Source: Octopus bimaculoides
Taxonomy: Eukaryota
Length of the DNA: 60,191 bases
NCBI RefSeq assembly: GCF_001194135.2
Contig: NC_068983.1
Span: 150,685,009-150,745,199, forward strand
Direction of reading: 5' to 3'
The notes beneath the pieces are model-generated. The model did no database searches. It saw only the letters and a program-made list of their open reading frames with translations, and was not told where the DNA came from. A program made the position numbers and the translations under genes. Positions 50,588 through 60,191 of the stretch are shown here, one piece after another (positions within the stretch are counted from its first letter, which is position 1; each line of letters begins with the position of its first letter).

Positions 50588-51540
50588 AAGCAAATTTAAA
50601 ATGAGAAAAGCAAATAAAACGAAGGTATGGAGATTAAATACGCTTTACATCGCTTAATCAGCCAAAGGAGTAAATGTAAACAACTGAATACTTGTCAGTG
50701 ATTGGCTGAAATTATCGAAATAAGACAATTTTTTACATGAAATAAATTCGAATACAAAAATATTTTTCTGTTCTATAACACAAAATAGATAAGTATACGA
50801 AGTTTGAAAGTCTTTCCGTACCAAAAACACTACGTAAAACATTAATGAAAAATGTGGCCCCCGTTTTAAAATAGATCCTTATTATTATTATTATTTTGTC
50901 TTCTAGGGGGTCATTCTCTAGGCTTTCTGAACAGATGGAAGCAGCTTGATTAAGTGCAATGTCAAGAAAGTTAATTGTTTTTGGTTACTGCCTGTCTGTT
51001 ATAATACTGAGATACTGAGCTTTAGTTCTGTGAAGGTATTAGACCTTCAGTAAAATTATCTAGTTGGAAACCATGCATGATCTTGGATACTATACATACA
51101 TACGTTACTTATTAGTTCATCCGTCGTTGTCGACGGTGACCAAGGACACATGGGAGAAGACATACATACAAATACATATTTGTGTGTGTATGTACGTGTG
51201 TGAAGGTCTGTCTATCTATTAATCTAAATTAATTCGAAATATTAGTTTCGTTATAAACTACTGCTGTGTATTTCCAAGCAAATCTTTCAGTTCAAATATA
51301 CATGGAGAGTCGTTTTTGAAAAAATTGAGAAAGAACGCTGGTCGAGCAAGAATTCTTTTCTTTGGGAAAACACAAGAAAGGACGAGAGAAAGGTAAAAGA
51401 AAACAGTAGAATAAAAAAAAAAAAGAAAAGAAAATTAAGAATTGCGTCAGTTTGGCCAGTTGAAATGAGAGTCAATATGGTTGGTGTAAATAAAGCGAAC
51501 AACGCAGCAACTGCAACGATAAATTTGATTTACTTACATA

Positions 51541-51781
51541 CAGGGTGTTCAAAATGTCTCCCCGCAGTAAATGGTTTTCAGGCGATTTTTGTACACTGAT
51601 CCTTTACTTGCTCCCCAGAAACAAAAAGTCTGGGGGTGTTAAATCAGGTGATCTTGGTGGCCAAAATCCCTTTGAAATAATCCGTTCAGCGAAAAAGTCT
51701 TGAAGTAACGTCCACCGAAAAACTCTCGGTGATGCGCAGGATGAAAAAAATTCACTGTGGAGAGACGTTTTGAACAGCCTG
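51541..51781 (-). mobile_element. 241-bp Tc1/mariner deletion derivative with both TIRs and TA TSD
   Basis: 28-bp TIRs at 51541-51568 and 51754-51781 (24/28 match); TA at 51539-40 and 51782-83; internal FAERIISKGFWPPRSPDLTPPDF. Confidence 0.93.
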
Positions 51782-53813
51782 TATAACATACAGGTATAAA
51801 TTAGAGCGTCTGTTTTCAAGGAGTGGCAAATACTTCTAGTATCAAATAAATTAAAACAAAATATTACTTAATATGATAAGCAGCACTACGGTACATTACA
51901 GTTAGAAGAAGCAGAGACCAAAACTATACCCAATATAAATTACATTGACGAAGAGTCGTCCCACTCAAGAATAATCTATGAACTTATATATTAGTGAAAC
52001 TTCTATGTGCCTTTGCAGACAGTATATTTTCGAATGAGGCATCACACACACTTAAGAAATTGCATTTAAAATTCGTTGATAAGGGATAATGAGAAGGAGA
52101 ATTGAAATTCTTTGGTGAGATTACAGACTAGAAAGATAGCATCAAACATCTTGATTCTAATAAATCCGGTCCTCAAGCAATAGGCAAAGTATTATGACGA
52201 AACATCATATAATAGCAATAAACACGCCAAAAATTTCGACATCTAGGACAGGTCATAAAATCTTACTTATTTAACTTAAGTAAATATGCAAGGATATGTG
52301 TCTAAAATATACAATAATGGCTTCTGCTCCATATGTGACGCTGACTGGTCTCGAATCCTCATCACTCAGACACTCCTGGCTTACTCGTCTTTCTACTTTT
52401 CATCATCTTTTCCCGCGCTAAACCCTATGCCTAATCCGTCCTCTCCAGAACGTTGGCCCTGTAGAATAATCTTTCCGATCATGTCATTCCTGCAGATGTT
52501 GGCATGCAACGGTTTCGATGGAACATTAACAGCAAGAATCTTTCCCCTTTCGGAGGGCCTGTCTACTTCTTCTAGGCTCAACAAGTTCCTCCACCATAAA
52601 AAAAAATATTAGTGTAAGAGGTAGCGTTTTAACTACTTCAGGAAATAATGACTTGGTCCGTAAAAAGTTCTGTTGACTTTGGCTGGAAGCCTCCAGTAAC
52701 AACCATGACCAGAGTTAAGGATTATTGTTATGGAATTGACCGTTGAGAGCAAGAAGGTAAATGTGACTACAGTGATTGAAGTCAGGTTCATAATAGTAAT
52801 CTCATCAAAGAGAGTAGGACTCTAAGCGGCGGTCCCTTCTAAACTGAGGTTCCGGCAGTATAAGTTCTACAGATGTGGTAGTGGAAGAGTGGTGTCACCC
52901 TAGTGTATACTCCAAAATACCTGAAATTACAGAACCCAAAGAAGCCGGAGTCTAAATGCCAAACAAGAGCTCTTAACGACAAATATTGGAATTATGTGTG
53001 AATATTTATAGCAAATTTTCACATAGAAAAGAAGCGAGAAAAAAACATTTGAAATAAGGATTCTTTGAACAATTTTTTTGCGGTTTTAATAGTACAAGAA
53101 AATAATTAAATCCGTATACTAGTGAAACATCACAGAAAATGTTAAAAGTATGACGCAATGTTTTCAACAGATGTCTTAAAGAAAATCTGTTTCCCATATT
53201 ATACATACATACATACATACATACATACATACAAACATACATAATACATACATACATGCATACATATGTATGCATGTGTGTGTATGTATATATGTATATA
53301 TACACAAAGAAATGTGCGTGTACATATATGATCTTGTGTGTGTGTGTGTGTATGTATTCGTGCACTTGTGTGTTTGTGTATGCATATATATTTCTACGAT
53401 TTGCGACTTAAGATTTTAATATAAACACGAACGAATAACTATAAACATCAATATGAGATTAAAAACAGCGCAACGAACCCACTGAGATGAATCAAAGAAC
53501 ATGTACTTCTTTCGTATCGAGGGAACGATCTATTAAGTTGCTCGAGGGTGGCGTTCATGCGGTTTCTTGATCTATTAGAAATAGCAGTTCTATCTCTCTC
53601 AAATCACATCATAGTGATAAAAAAATGAAGGTAATGTGTCCTTAACATACAGAAAAGATTGGAAAATAATACAGACAAACGACTGGACAGAGACAGCTAC
53701 AAAGACAGCGAGATAGATAGATAGATACACAGCTACACTGACATGCAGCTTCACAGACGGACACATATACAGTTACATCACTACAAGGCTTCTTAAACAC
53801 ACACACACACACG

Positions 53814-53849
<36 letters not shown>

Positions 53850-54564
53850 ANNNNNNNNNNNNNNNNNNNNNNNNNNNNNNNNNNNNNNNNNNNNNNNNNN
53901 NNNNNNNNNNNNNNNNNNNNNNNNNNNNNNNNNNNNNNNNNNNNNNNNNNNNNNNNNNNNNNNNNNNNNNNNNNNNNNNNNNNNNNNNNNNNNNNNNNNN
54001 NNNNNNNNNNNNNNNNNNNNNNNNNNNNNNNNNNNNNNNNNNNNNNNNNNNNNNNNNNNNNNNNNNNNNNNNNNNNNNNNNNNNNNNNNNNNNNNNNNNN
54101 NNNNNNNNNNNNNNNNNNNNNNNNNNNNNNNNNNNNNNNNNNNNNNNNNNNNNNNNNNNNNNNNNNNNNNNNNNNNNNNNNNNNNNNNNNNNNNNNNNNN
54201 NNNNNNNNNNNNNNNNNNNNNNNNNNNNNNNNNNNNNNNNNNNNNNNNNNNNNNNNNNNNNNNNNNNNNNNNNNNNNNNNNNNNNNNNNNNNNNNNNNNN
54301 NNNNNNNNNNNNNNNNNNNNNNNNNNNNNNNNNNNNNNNNNNNNNNNNNNNNNNNNNNNNNNNNNNNNNNNACACAGCTACACTGACATGCAGCTTCACA
54401 GACGGACACATATACAGTTACATGGATATATAGATAATGGATATATAGACAGGTTTATAGACAGACATATAGATTGGTAGGCTGTTTGTTAGATAGGTTG
54501 ATATATAGAGGAAAATATATCTCTTGCATCACTACAAGGCTTCTTAAACACACACACACACACG

Positions 54565-54600
<36 letters not shown>

Positions 54601-54634
54601 ATCACGTACAAATAATTATATATATATACATAGC

Positions 54635-54795
54635 CGCGGGCTTGGCTGTGTGGTGAGAAGCTTGCTTTCCAGCCACATGGTTTAGGGTTCAATCCTACTG
54701 CGTGACACCTTGGGCGAGTGTCTTCTACGATAGACTCTCGCCGACCAAAGCTTTGTGAGTGGATTTGGGACAGGCGGAAACTGAAAGAACTCCGT
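54635..54795 (+). mobile_element. Family-C SINE head and core
   Basis: GGCTGTGTGGTGAGAAG...GGTTCAATCC...CCTTGGGCGAGTG...GGAAACTGAAAGAA. Confidence 0.85.
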
Positions 54796-55037
54796 AAATG
54801 AACCGCACGAATATACCTACATGCAGTCAGCTGGACTTGTTATGCAAGGAGAACAATGAACCTCAGCTTTACACTTTCGTTTAATGTTTGCGGATGCCTG
54901 GTTTGTGAAATTACGTTGAAGAGTTCCTATTGTGCGTTGTACTGACTGGTCTACCTGACAATATTCTGAATATCATCCTGTTGCAGTCCTTTGAAGACGA
55001 AAAGCAAGTACTTTTACTTTGTCTGGTAGCTAGGGTA

Positions 55038-55428
55038 GAAGCGCAATGGCCCAGTGGTTAGGGCAGCGGACTCGCGGTCATAGGATCGCGGTTTCGATTC
55101 CCAGACCGGGTGTTGTGAGTGTTTATTGACCGAAAACACCTAAAGCTCGACGAGGCTCCCGTAGGGGATGGTGGCGAACCCTGCTGTACTCTTTCACCAC
55201 AACTTTCTCTCACTCTTTCTTCTTGTTTCTGTTGTACCTCTATTTCAAAGGGTCAGCCTTGTCACACTGTGTCACGCTGAATATCCGCGAGAACTACGTT
55301 AAGGGTACACGTGTCTGTGGATTGCTCAGCTACTTGCACGTTAATTCCACGAGCAGGCTGTTCCGTTGATCGGATCAACTGGAACCCTCGACGTCGTAAG
55401 CGACGGAGTGCCAACAATAACAACAAAA
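55038..55428 (+). mobile_element. Full-length family-A SINE with 12-bp TSD (1 mismatch)
   Basis: GTAGCTAGGGTA at 55026-55037 and GTAGCTAGGATA at 55429-55440. Confidence 0.95.
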
Positions 55429-56199
55429 GTAGCTAGGATAAACTAGGTAGTTTGGTTGACAAGGATGAAAATGCTGTGGATAGAAATTTCTCTCTCTGAC
55501 TAAAACTTCGTCAACATTTTCAAGTATTACTTGAATTTGAGGCAAAATATGTGCTATTCTCTATTTCATTTATTGAAGGGTGATAAGAGATTATAATATA
55601 TATTCAGATGAAAGGATTGAAGCTTCAGTTGTATAAAGCCTCTGCTCGGAAACATTGTTTTGTTAACTAGGTATAGCTGTCATAAATCGTTTTCTGTATT
55701 TACTGGCATTACTGAAAGATGACAGCCTGAGACGTGGCAGGAAGATGTGTTGGCTACAGTAGTGATAGTAAAAGTCTCAATAATGTAAACGAATTCAGCT
55801 CATGTGTTATCAACCACGAATATACGTATACTTAGAAGAAAACAGCTAACAATTAAACAGGCAGAACTTACGGTTGCACAATGCGGAACGCCAAAAGAAA
55901 AGTGTTGAAAATATTAAAAAAAAAAAAAATAGCAAACACAAACAACAACGACAACACAAATAAAAGCATTTAATCTTTATCAGGCGTTGTGGGTCATAAA
56001 GACCTACTAAATATAAACTACCCTCAAAAAGCGCAGGAAGTATGTGAAAAACAAACCTTCTCAACGCAAGTAATTTTGATAGATGCATGTCACTTCCCTG
56101 AAGGAAGGTGATACACGTCTGTTTTCGAAACAGCAGGGAGGTATTTTTAAATGCCATCGAAAATTATGTTAAAGAGAGTTCTGGTTAATAAGTGAATAG

Positions 56200-56950
56200 G
56201 TGTTTACTCTCTTGACCGAGGAAGAGTATATGGAAGCGTATGTCTGATTTTTGAGACCGAGGATAATGCGAGGTGGTCACAGCTCTTACGTTGTACATCT
56301 GATCATAGCACGTGAAGAAAAGGGATACAAAGATAACATTAAGATATATTAGTTAGTACTGTCTTTCATTCTTAGCTTGTAAAGTACGGACAGGTGGTGT
56401 GTGGAGGTGACCTGCAGTAACATGTCAAGGAAGATCTGCATGGACATCCAGTTCTTGATGACTCCTGAAAACCACAAAAATACTCGGAATTATACCCAAT
56501 TGAGGGAGCGGAGTGGATCTCAGACAGATTGGCGATTCAGGGCAAAAATCTCAGTTGTTACGTGACTGGTAATAAAAGTTAGTTGTGAGCTTTCTGTTCA
56601 GAAGACAGAAAATCAATAGAAAAAAGAAATAAAAAGATCGGCAAAGAGCAGCAGTGACAGCCAGAATAGCCTCAGATATGAAAGCCATGGTTGCAGCTGA
56701 ACTTCCTGTTGCTGTTGTTACCGCTGTTCCTAGAGCACCTTCAGTCGCAGCTCCGAGGCTAACCAGATCACACTCAAACGAAATCACTTCGCTTTCAGCC
56801 CCACCAGAACCATTGATGGAGAAATCGAAAGTTATTTCGAGTAGAAAATCCGAACAACCGTTCCATCCATCGAATTGTGGTGATGGGGAGGGGGTTGAGA
56901 TTGGAAAAAAGTTGGGAAATCATCGGGGAGGGTAAAAAATAGAAAGAAAA
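56200..56950 (+). pseudogene. Degenerate LINE ORF1-like fragment
   Basis: RGRVYGSVCLIFETEDNAR, KRDTKITLRYI, YGQVV and WISDRLAIQGKNLSCYVTG parallel the frame at 59852 (GQRVTKVTVKNVP...). Many stops are present. Confidence 0.4.
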
Positions 56951-57126
56951 GCATCCATAAACGACCACAACATGAGGCAATTAAGTCAGTGCATATCTCA
57001 TACCAAATGTCATATGATAATTGCTGGCACATATTTCACAGTCGTTCGGGTTGACAAGAGCTAATATAATGCTTGAATAACCAAGGGCTCACACACACAG
57101 AGAAACATACACACACACACACAGAA

Positions 57127-57165
<39 letters not shown>

Positions 57166-57215
57166 CATACACACGCATACATAAAGAAACATACACACAC
57201 ACACGCACGAACGCA

Positions 57216-57254
<39 letters not shown>

Positions 57255-57778
57255 TAAAGTTTGGTAAACATAGATCAACGTCTAGTTCATCAAATGTTTC
57301 GGTGCAGAGAGTGAAGAAATAAAACTTGATTCTAAGTGAGAATATTTGACCTCTGTTGGTCAGTTCAGGATACGTGCAGGAATTTTCAGTAGAATTTGAT
57401 GCCATGTTGTACCTGCTGACGCTAATAGACTGACCCTTTGAGCACGTGGAATAACAAAAAAAAAATCATTCGTTTTCACATACGTGTATACATACAAACT
57501 ATAGGGTGGCTGTTTACTCTCCTGAGTTATTCCATTTCTTGACAGGTGTCATCTTTCATACCACAGGCTGTCCACTTTCTTCTCTTGCTTCTTAGAGTAA
57601 AATGGAGATAATTCCTTTCTACACACAGTTTGAAATAGGGTCATGTAGAAAGCGAAACTGGTAATAGGTCTAGCTCGAATGTGAAATATAGGCATTTCAA
57701 AATGCATCACTAAATGTTTTAGTTCTGAAGGGTAAATGCATATGGTTATATATGGGCTACGAATATATACATGCATAC

Positions 57779-58009
57779 ATGGACAACGAGCTGGTAGAAG
57801 CGTTAGCACGCCGGGCGAAATGCTTAGCGGTATTTCGTCTGCCACTACGTTCTGAGTTCAAATTCCGCCGAGGTCGACTTTGCATTTCATCCTTTCGGGG
57901 TCGATTAAATAAGTACCAGTTACGCACTGGGGTCGATATAATCGACTTAATCCGTTTGTCTTTGTTTGTCCCCTCTGTGTGTAGCCCCTTGTGGGTGGTA
58001 AAGAAATAA
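57779..58009 (+). mobile_element. Family-B SINE with a different tail (type 3)
   Basis: Canonical head and core to GGGGTCGATATAATCGACTT, then AATCCGTTTGTC...GTAGCCCCTTGTGGGTGGTAAAGAAATA. Confidence 0.92.
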
Positions 58010-58025
58010 TACATGGGCAACGAAT

Positions 58026-58413
58026 GGAGGCGCAATGGCCCAGTGGTTAGGGCAGCGGACTCGCGGTCATAGGATCGCGGTTTCGATTCCCAGACCGGGC
58101 GTTGTGAGTGTTTATTGAGCGAAAACACCTAAAGCTCCACGCGGCTCCGGCAGGGGATGGTGGCGAACCCTGCTGTACTCTTTCACCACAACTTTCTCTC
58201 ACTCTTACTTTCTGTTTCTGTTGTACCTGTATTTCAAAGGGCCAGCCTTGTCACACTGTGTCACGCTGAATATCCCCGAGAACTTCGTTAAGGGTACACG
58301 TGTCTGTGGAATGCTCAGCCACTTGCACGTTAATTTCACGAGCAGGCTGTTCCGTTGATCGGATCAACTGGAACCCTCGACGTCGTAAGCGACGGAGTGC
58401 CAACAACAACAAC
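58026..58413 (+). mobile_element. Full-length family-A SINE
   Basis: Nearly identical to 4977-5364 and 55038-55428; ends in (CAA)4. Confidence 0.96.
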
Positions 58414-58552
58414 AGTATGGGCTACGAGTATATACATGTATACCTAGTGTACCTTATGTACTCACAATTAACGACAGAATCGAAGAATTAGAAAGCGTTA
58501 TAAAAAATTTAATATTTTATTCAAGGATTTCTTTTGCTTTAGGAGGCGAGTG

Positions 58553-58585
58553 TTAGGGTTAGGGTTAGGGTTAGGGTTAGGGTTA
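58553..58585 (+). repeat. Interstitial (TTAGGG)5 TTA
   Basis: Read directly from the sequence. Confidence 0.95.
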
Positions 58586-58942
58586 TCGTAGGTCTATATC
58601 ACTTACTCTGTTCTGACCTATCTCGCCTTCTTCTCTTCCTCATTTCATTCCTCGTTCCTTCTATCTCTCTCACCCAGTTTCTCTCTCGTACTGCTCTTCG
58701 TCTCTTATAGTTGCCCCAGTTTTCCTAACTTAGATGAAGTAAAACTGCTGTTTCTCTTTAATTTCATTTTTGTCATCTTTTCTCCCCCAAAAGGACACTG
58801 CTTGAAACGCTGGATTTTTCACTTCCTTCAGCAACCGTACTGTACTATTTTGGTCAATATTACTAGATAATACAAACCCTACGGTTTGATCGTTTGATCG
58901 CGTATACACGTACGCACGCACGCACGCACACACACACACACG

Positions 58943-58981
<39 letters not shown>

Positions 58982-59009
58982 TCACACGCACACACACACA
59001 CATCCACGT

Positions 59010-59247
59010 TACCACGTGACCGACCAGGCTATCAAATATTGTGAGACATGGTTGGTCACAATGCACTTTTTTGCATTGCTTTAGCCTTCAAATGACACCA
59101 CAGGGTGAGCAGGCCAACATTCCCCCCTGATCGAAAGGGGAACTGGAACAACGTGAAATGAAGTGTTTTGCTCAAGAACACAACACGTAGACAATCGAAC
59201 ACTCGATCCAGCGATCGTAAATGCGACAGCCTAACCGCTGGGCCAGC
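59010..59247 (-). mobile_element. Degenerate tRNA-derived SINE (family D-like core)
   Basis: Minus strand: TGGCCCAGCGGTTAGG (A box), GTTCGATT (B box), TGTTGTGTTCTTGAGCAAAACACT core. Confidence 0.75.
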
Positions 59248-59299
59248 ATCAAAAGATTTGTGCCTCCGGCAGAATAACGAGATGGTGCCATTGCTAAGA

Positions 59300-59697
59300 T
59301 ACTACCTCTGTCACACCAATAGCCAATCGGACTCATGCTGCTTAAACCAATGTCTAATCTAACAACCCAACCAGCGGACAGAACGTGGTTGTGTTTTAAA
59401 TCCAACGCGGTGTACCAAATGACGTGCTGCTGCGGGATGACACACACAGGATCGACCAGAAGACACCGTCACCTTAAAGTGAAGAAACATCTACACAAGG
59501 CCACACCACTCAGCGCCGTGTTCTAACACCACCAACACTGTGATGAAGACTTCTCCACCGGGATGCTAGCGACGGGAATGGGTTCAGTTAACCTCAGGAT
59601 TACAGAGGGACACTTCATTAGGAGGAAGGCACATTACCTGAACCGCCATAATGAGCTGGATGCGTGGAAATACATCTACCGCTTCCAGGATCTTTAA
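59300..59697 (+). pseudogene. Second Penelope-like GIY-YIG endonuclease fragment
   Basis: KSNAVYQMTCCCGMTHTGSTRR...VKKH...SAVF*HHQHCDEDF...LRITEGHFIRRKAHYLNRHNEL; one in-frame stop. Confidence 0.8.
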
Positions 59698-59809
59698 CCG
59701 ACATCAAGAAAGAGAGAAAAATAAGGATAAAGAAGTGCATACGAAATGAACTATGACGCCCAAAAGCAAGGTTCACTCCAGGTCACACGCCATATGTAGG
59801 GTAAAACTG

Positions 59810-59846
<37 letters not shown>

Positions 59847-59851
59847 TGGTG

Positions 59852-60190
59852 ATGATACCGAGTTATCTTGGACAGAGAGTGACGAAGGTGACAGTAAAGA
59901 ATGTCCCTTCACAAGTGGAAACCCAGTGGATAGTAGGTTCTATATGCCTCGAAATGGAGGAGGCAAATATATTAGAAATTGCTACTGCAGAGGAGAAAAA
60001 CTGGGAAGGGGGAAAAAAAGTCGAAGTCCTCCTCCATATCACTGAAGAGGAGTGCCAAAAGATCCCCACACACATCCAACTGGCAAAGGACCACAAGTTA
60101 TATGTAGTGGTGGAAGGAAGGCGGCCACGTTGTTATGTATGCGGCAGCGAGGCACACCTCAAGGACAGTTGCCCAACCGCCGCCAACCAA
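59852..60190 (+). pseudogene. LINE ORF1 (gag-like) fragment with CCHC zinc knuckle; frame open to the window edge
   Basis: The ATG at 59852 gives MIPSYLGQRVTKVTVKNVP...KIPTHIQL...VVVEGRRPRCYVCGSEAHLKDSC (C-X2-C-X4-H-X4-C, 60131-60172). There is no stop in 113 codons. Confidence 0.8.
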
Positions 60191-60191
60191 A

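Noticed and set aside
52286-52612. ORFs on both strands (52286-52612, 52393-52584) as a host exon or RTE 3' end (KIILQG)
   Set aside because: A single short motif and no convincing splice pair; it cannot be assigned.
56654-56935. 93-aa Ala/Pro/Ser-rich ORF as a host gene
   Set aside because: It is low complexity, starts at a non-ATG codon, and follows a decayed ORF1-like region; more likely its disordered tail.

Overview
This is an AT-rich, repeat-saturated eukaryotic draft-assembly window. It has 14 N-gaps (about 4.9 kb in total), and most of them border microsatellites. The extreme simple-repeat density, the tRNA-derived SINE families and the TTAGGG tracts point to an octopus/coleoid cephalopod genome; this is inference and was not database-checked. 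I find no supportable host protein-coding gene, rRNA, true tRNA gene or CRISPR array, and nearly all listed ORFs are microsatellite or gap artefacts. The content is a transposon graveyard. It includes five R4/Dong-like RLE non-LTR retrotransposon remnants, two RTE fragments fused in opposite orientation, two Penelope-like GIY-YIG remnants and LINE ORF1 (CCHC knuckle) fragments. It also includes a DD37D (maT-type) Tc1/mariner, a mariner half fused to a Helitron 5' part, a 241-bp TIR-bounded deletion derivative, at least four tRNA-SINE families with readable target-site duplications, and two unclassified dispersed repeats. The most interesting signals are: minimal type-I hammerhead-ribozyme folds in Penelope-type termini (25771-25806 minus; 49871-49913 plus); (AAT)n arrays acting as shared landing pads for Dong-like elements, a candidate non-autonomous partner and SINEs; a five-unit head-to-tail SINE multimer; a 250-bp near-perfect hairpin; and a Helitron-mariner chimera. 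None of this establishes a new biological system. The (AAT)n-targeting element/partner pair and the ribozyme-bearing repeat are the best leads.
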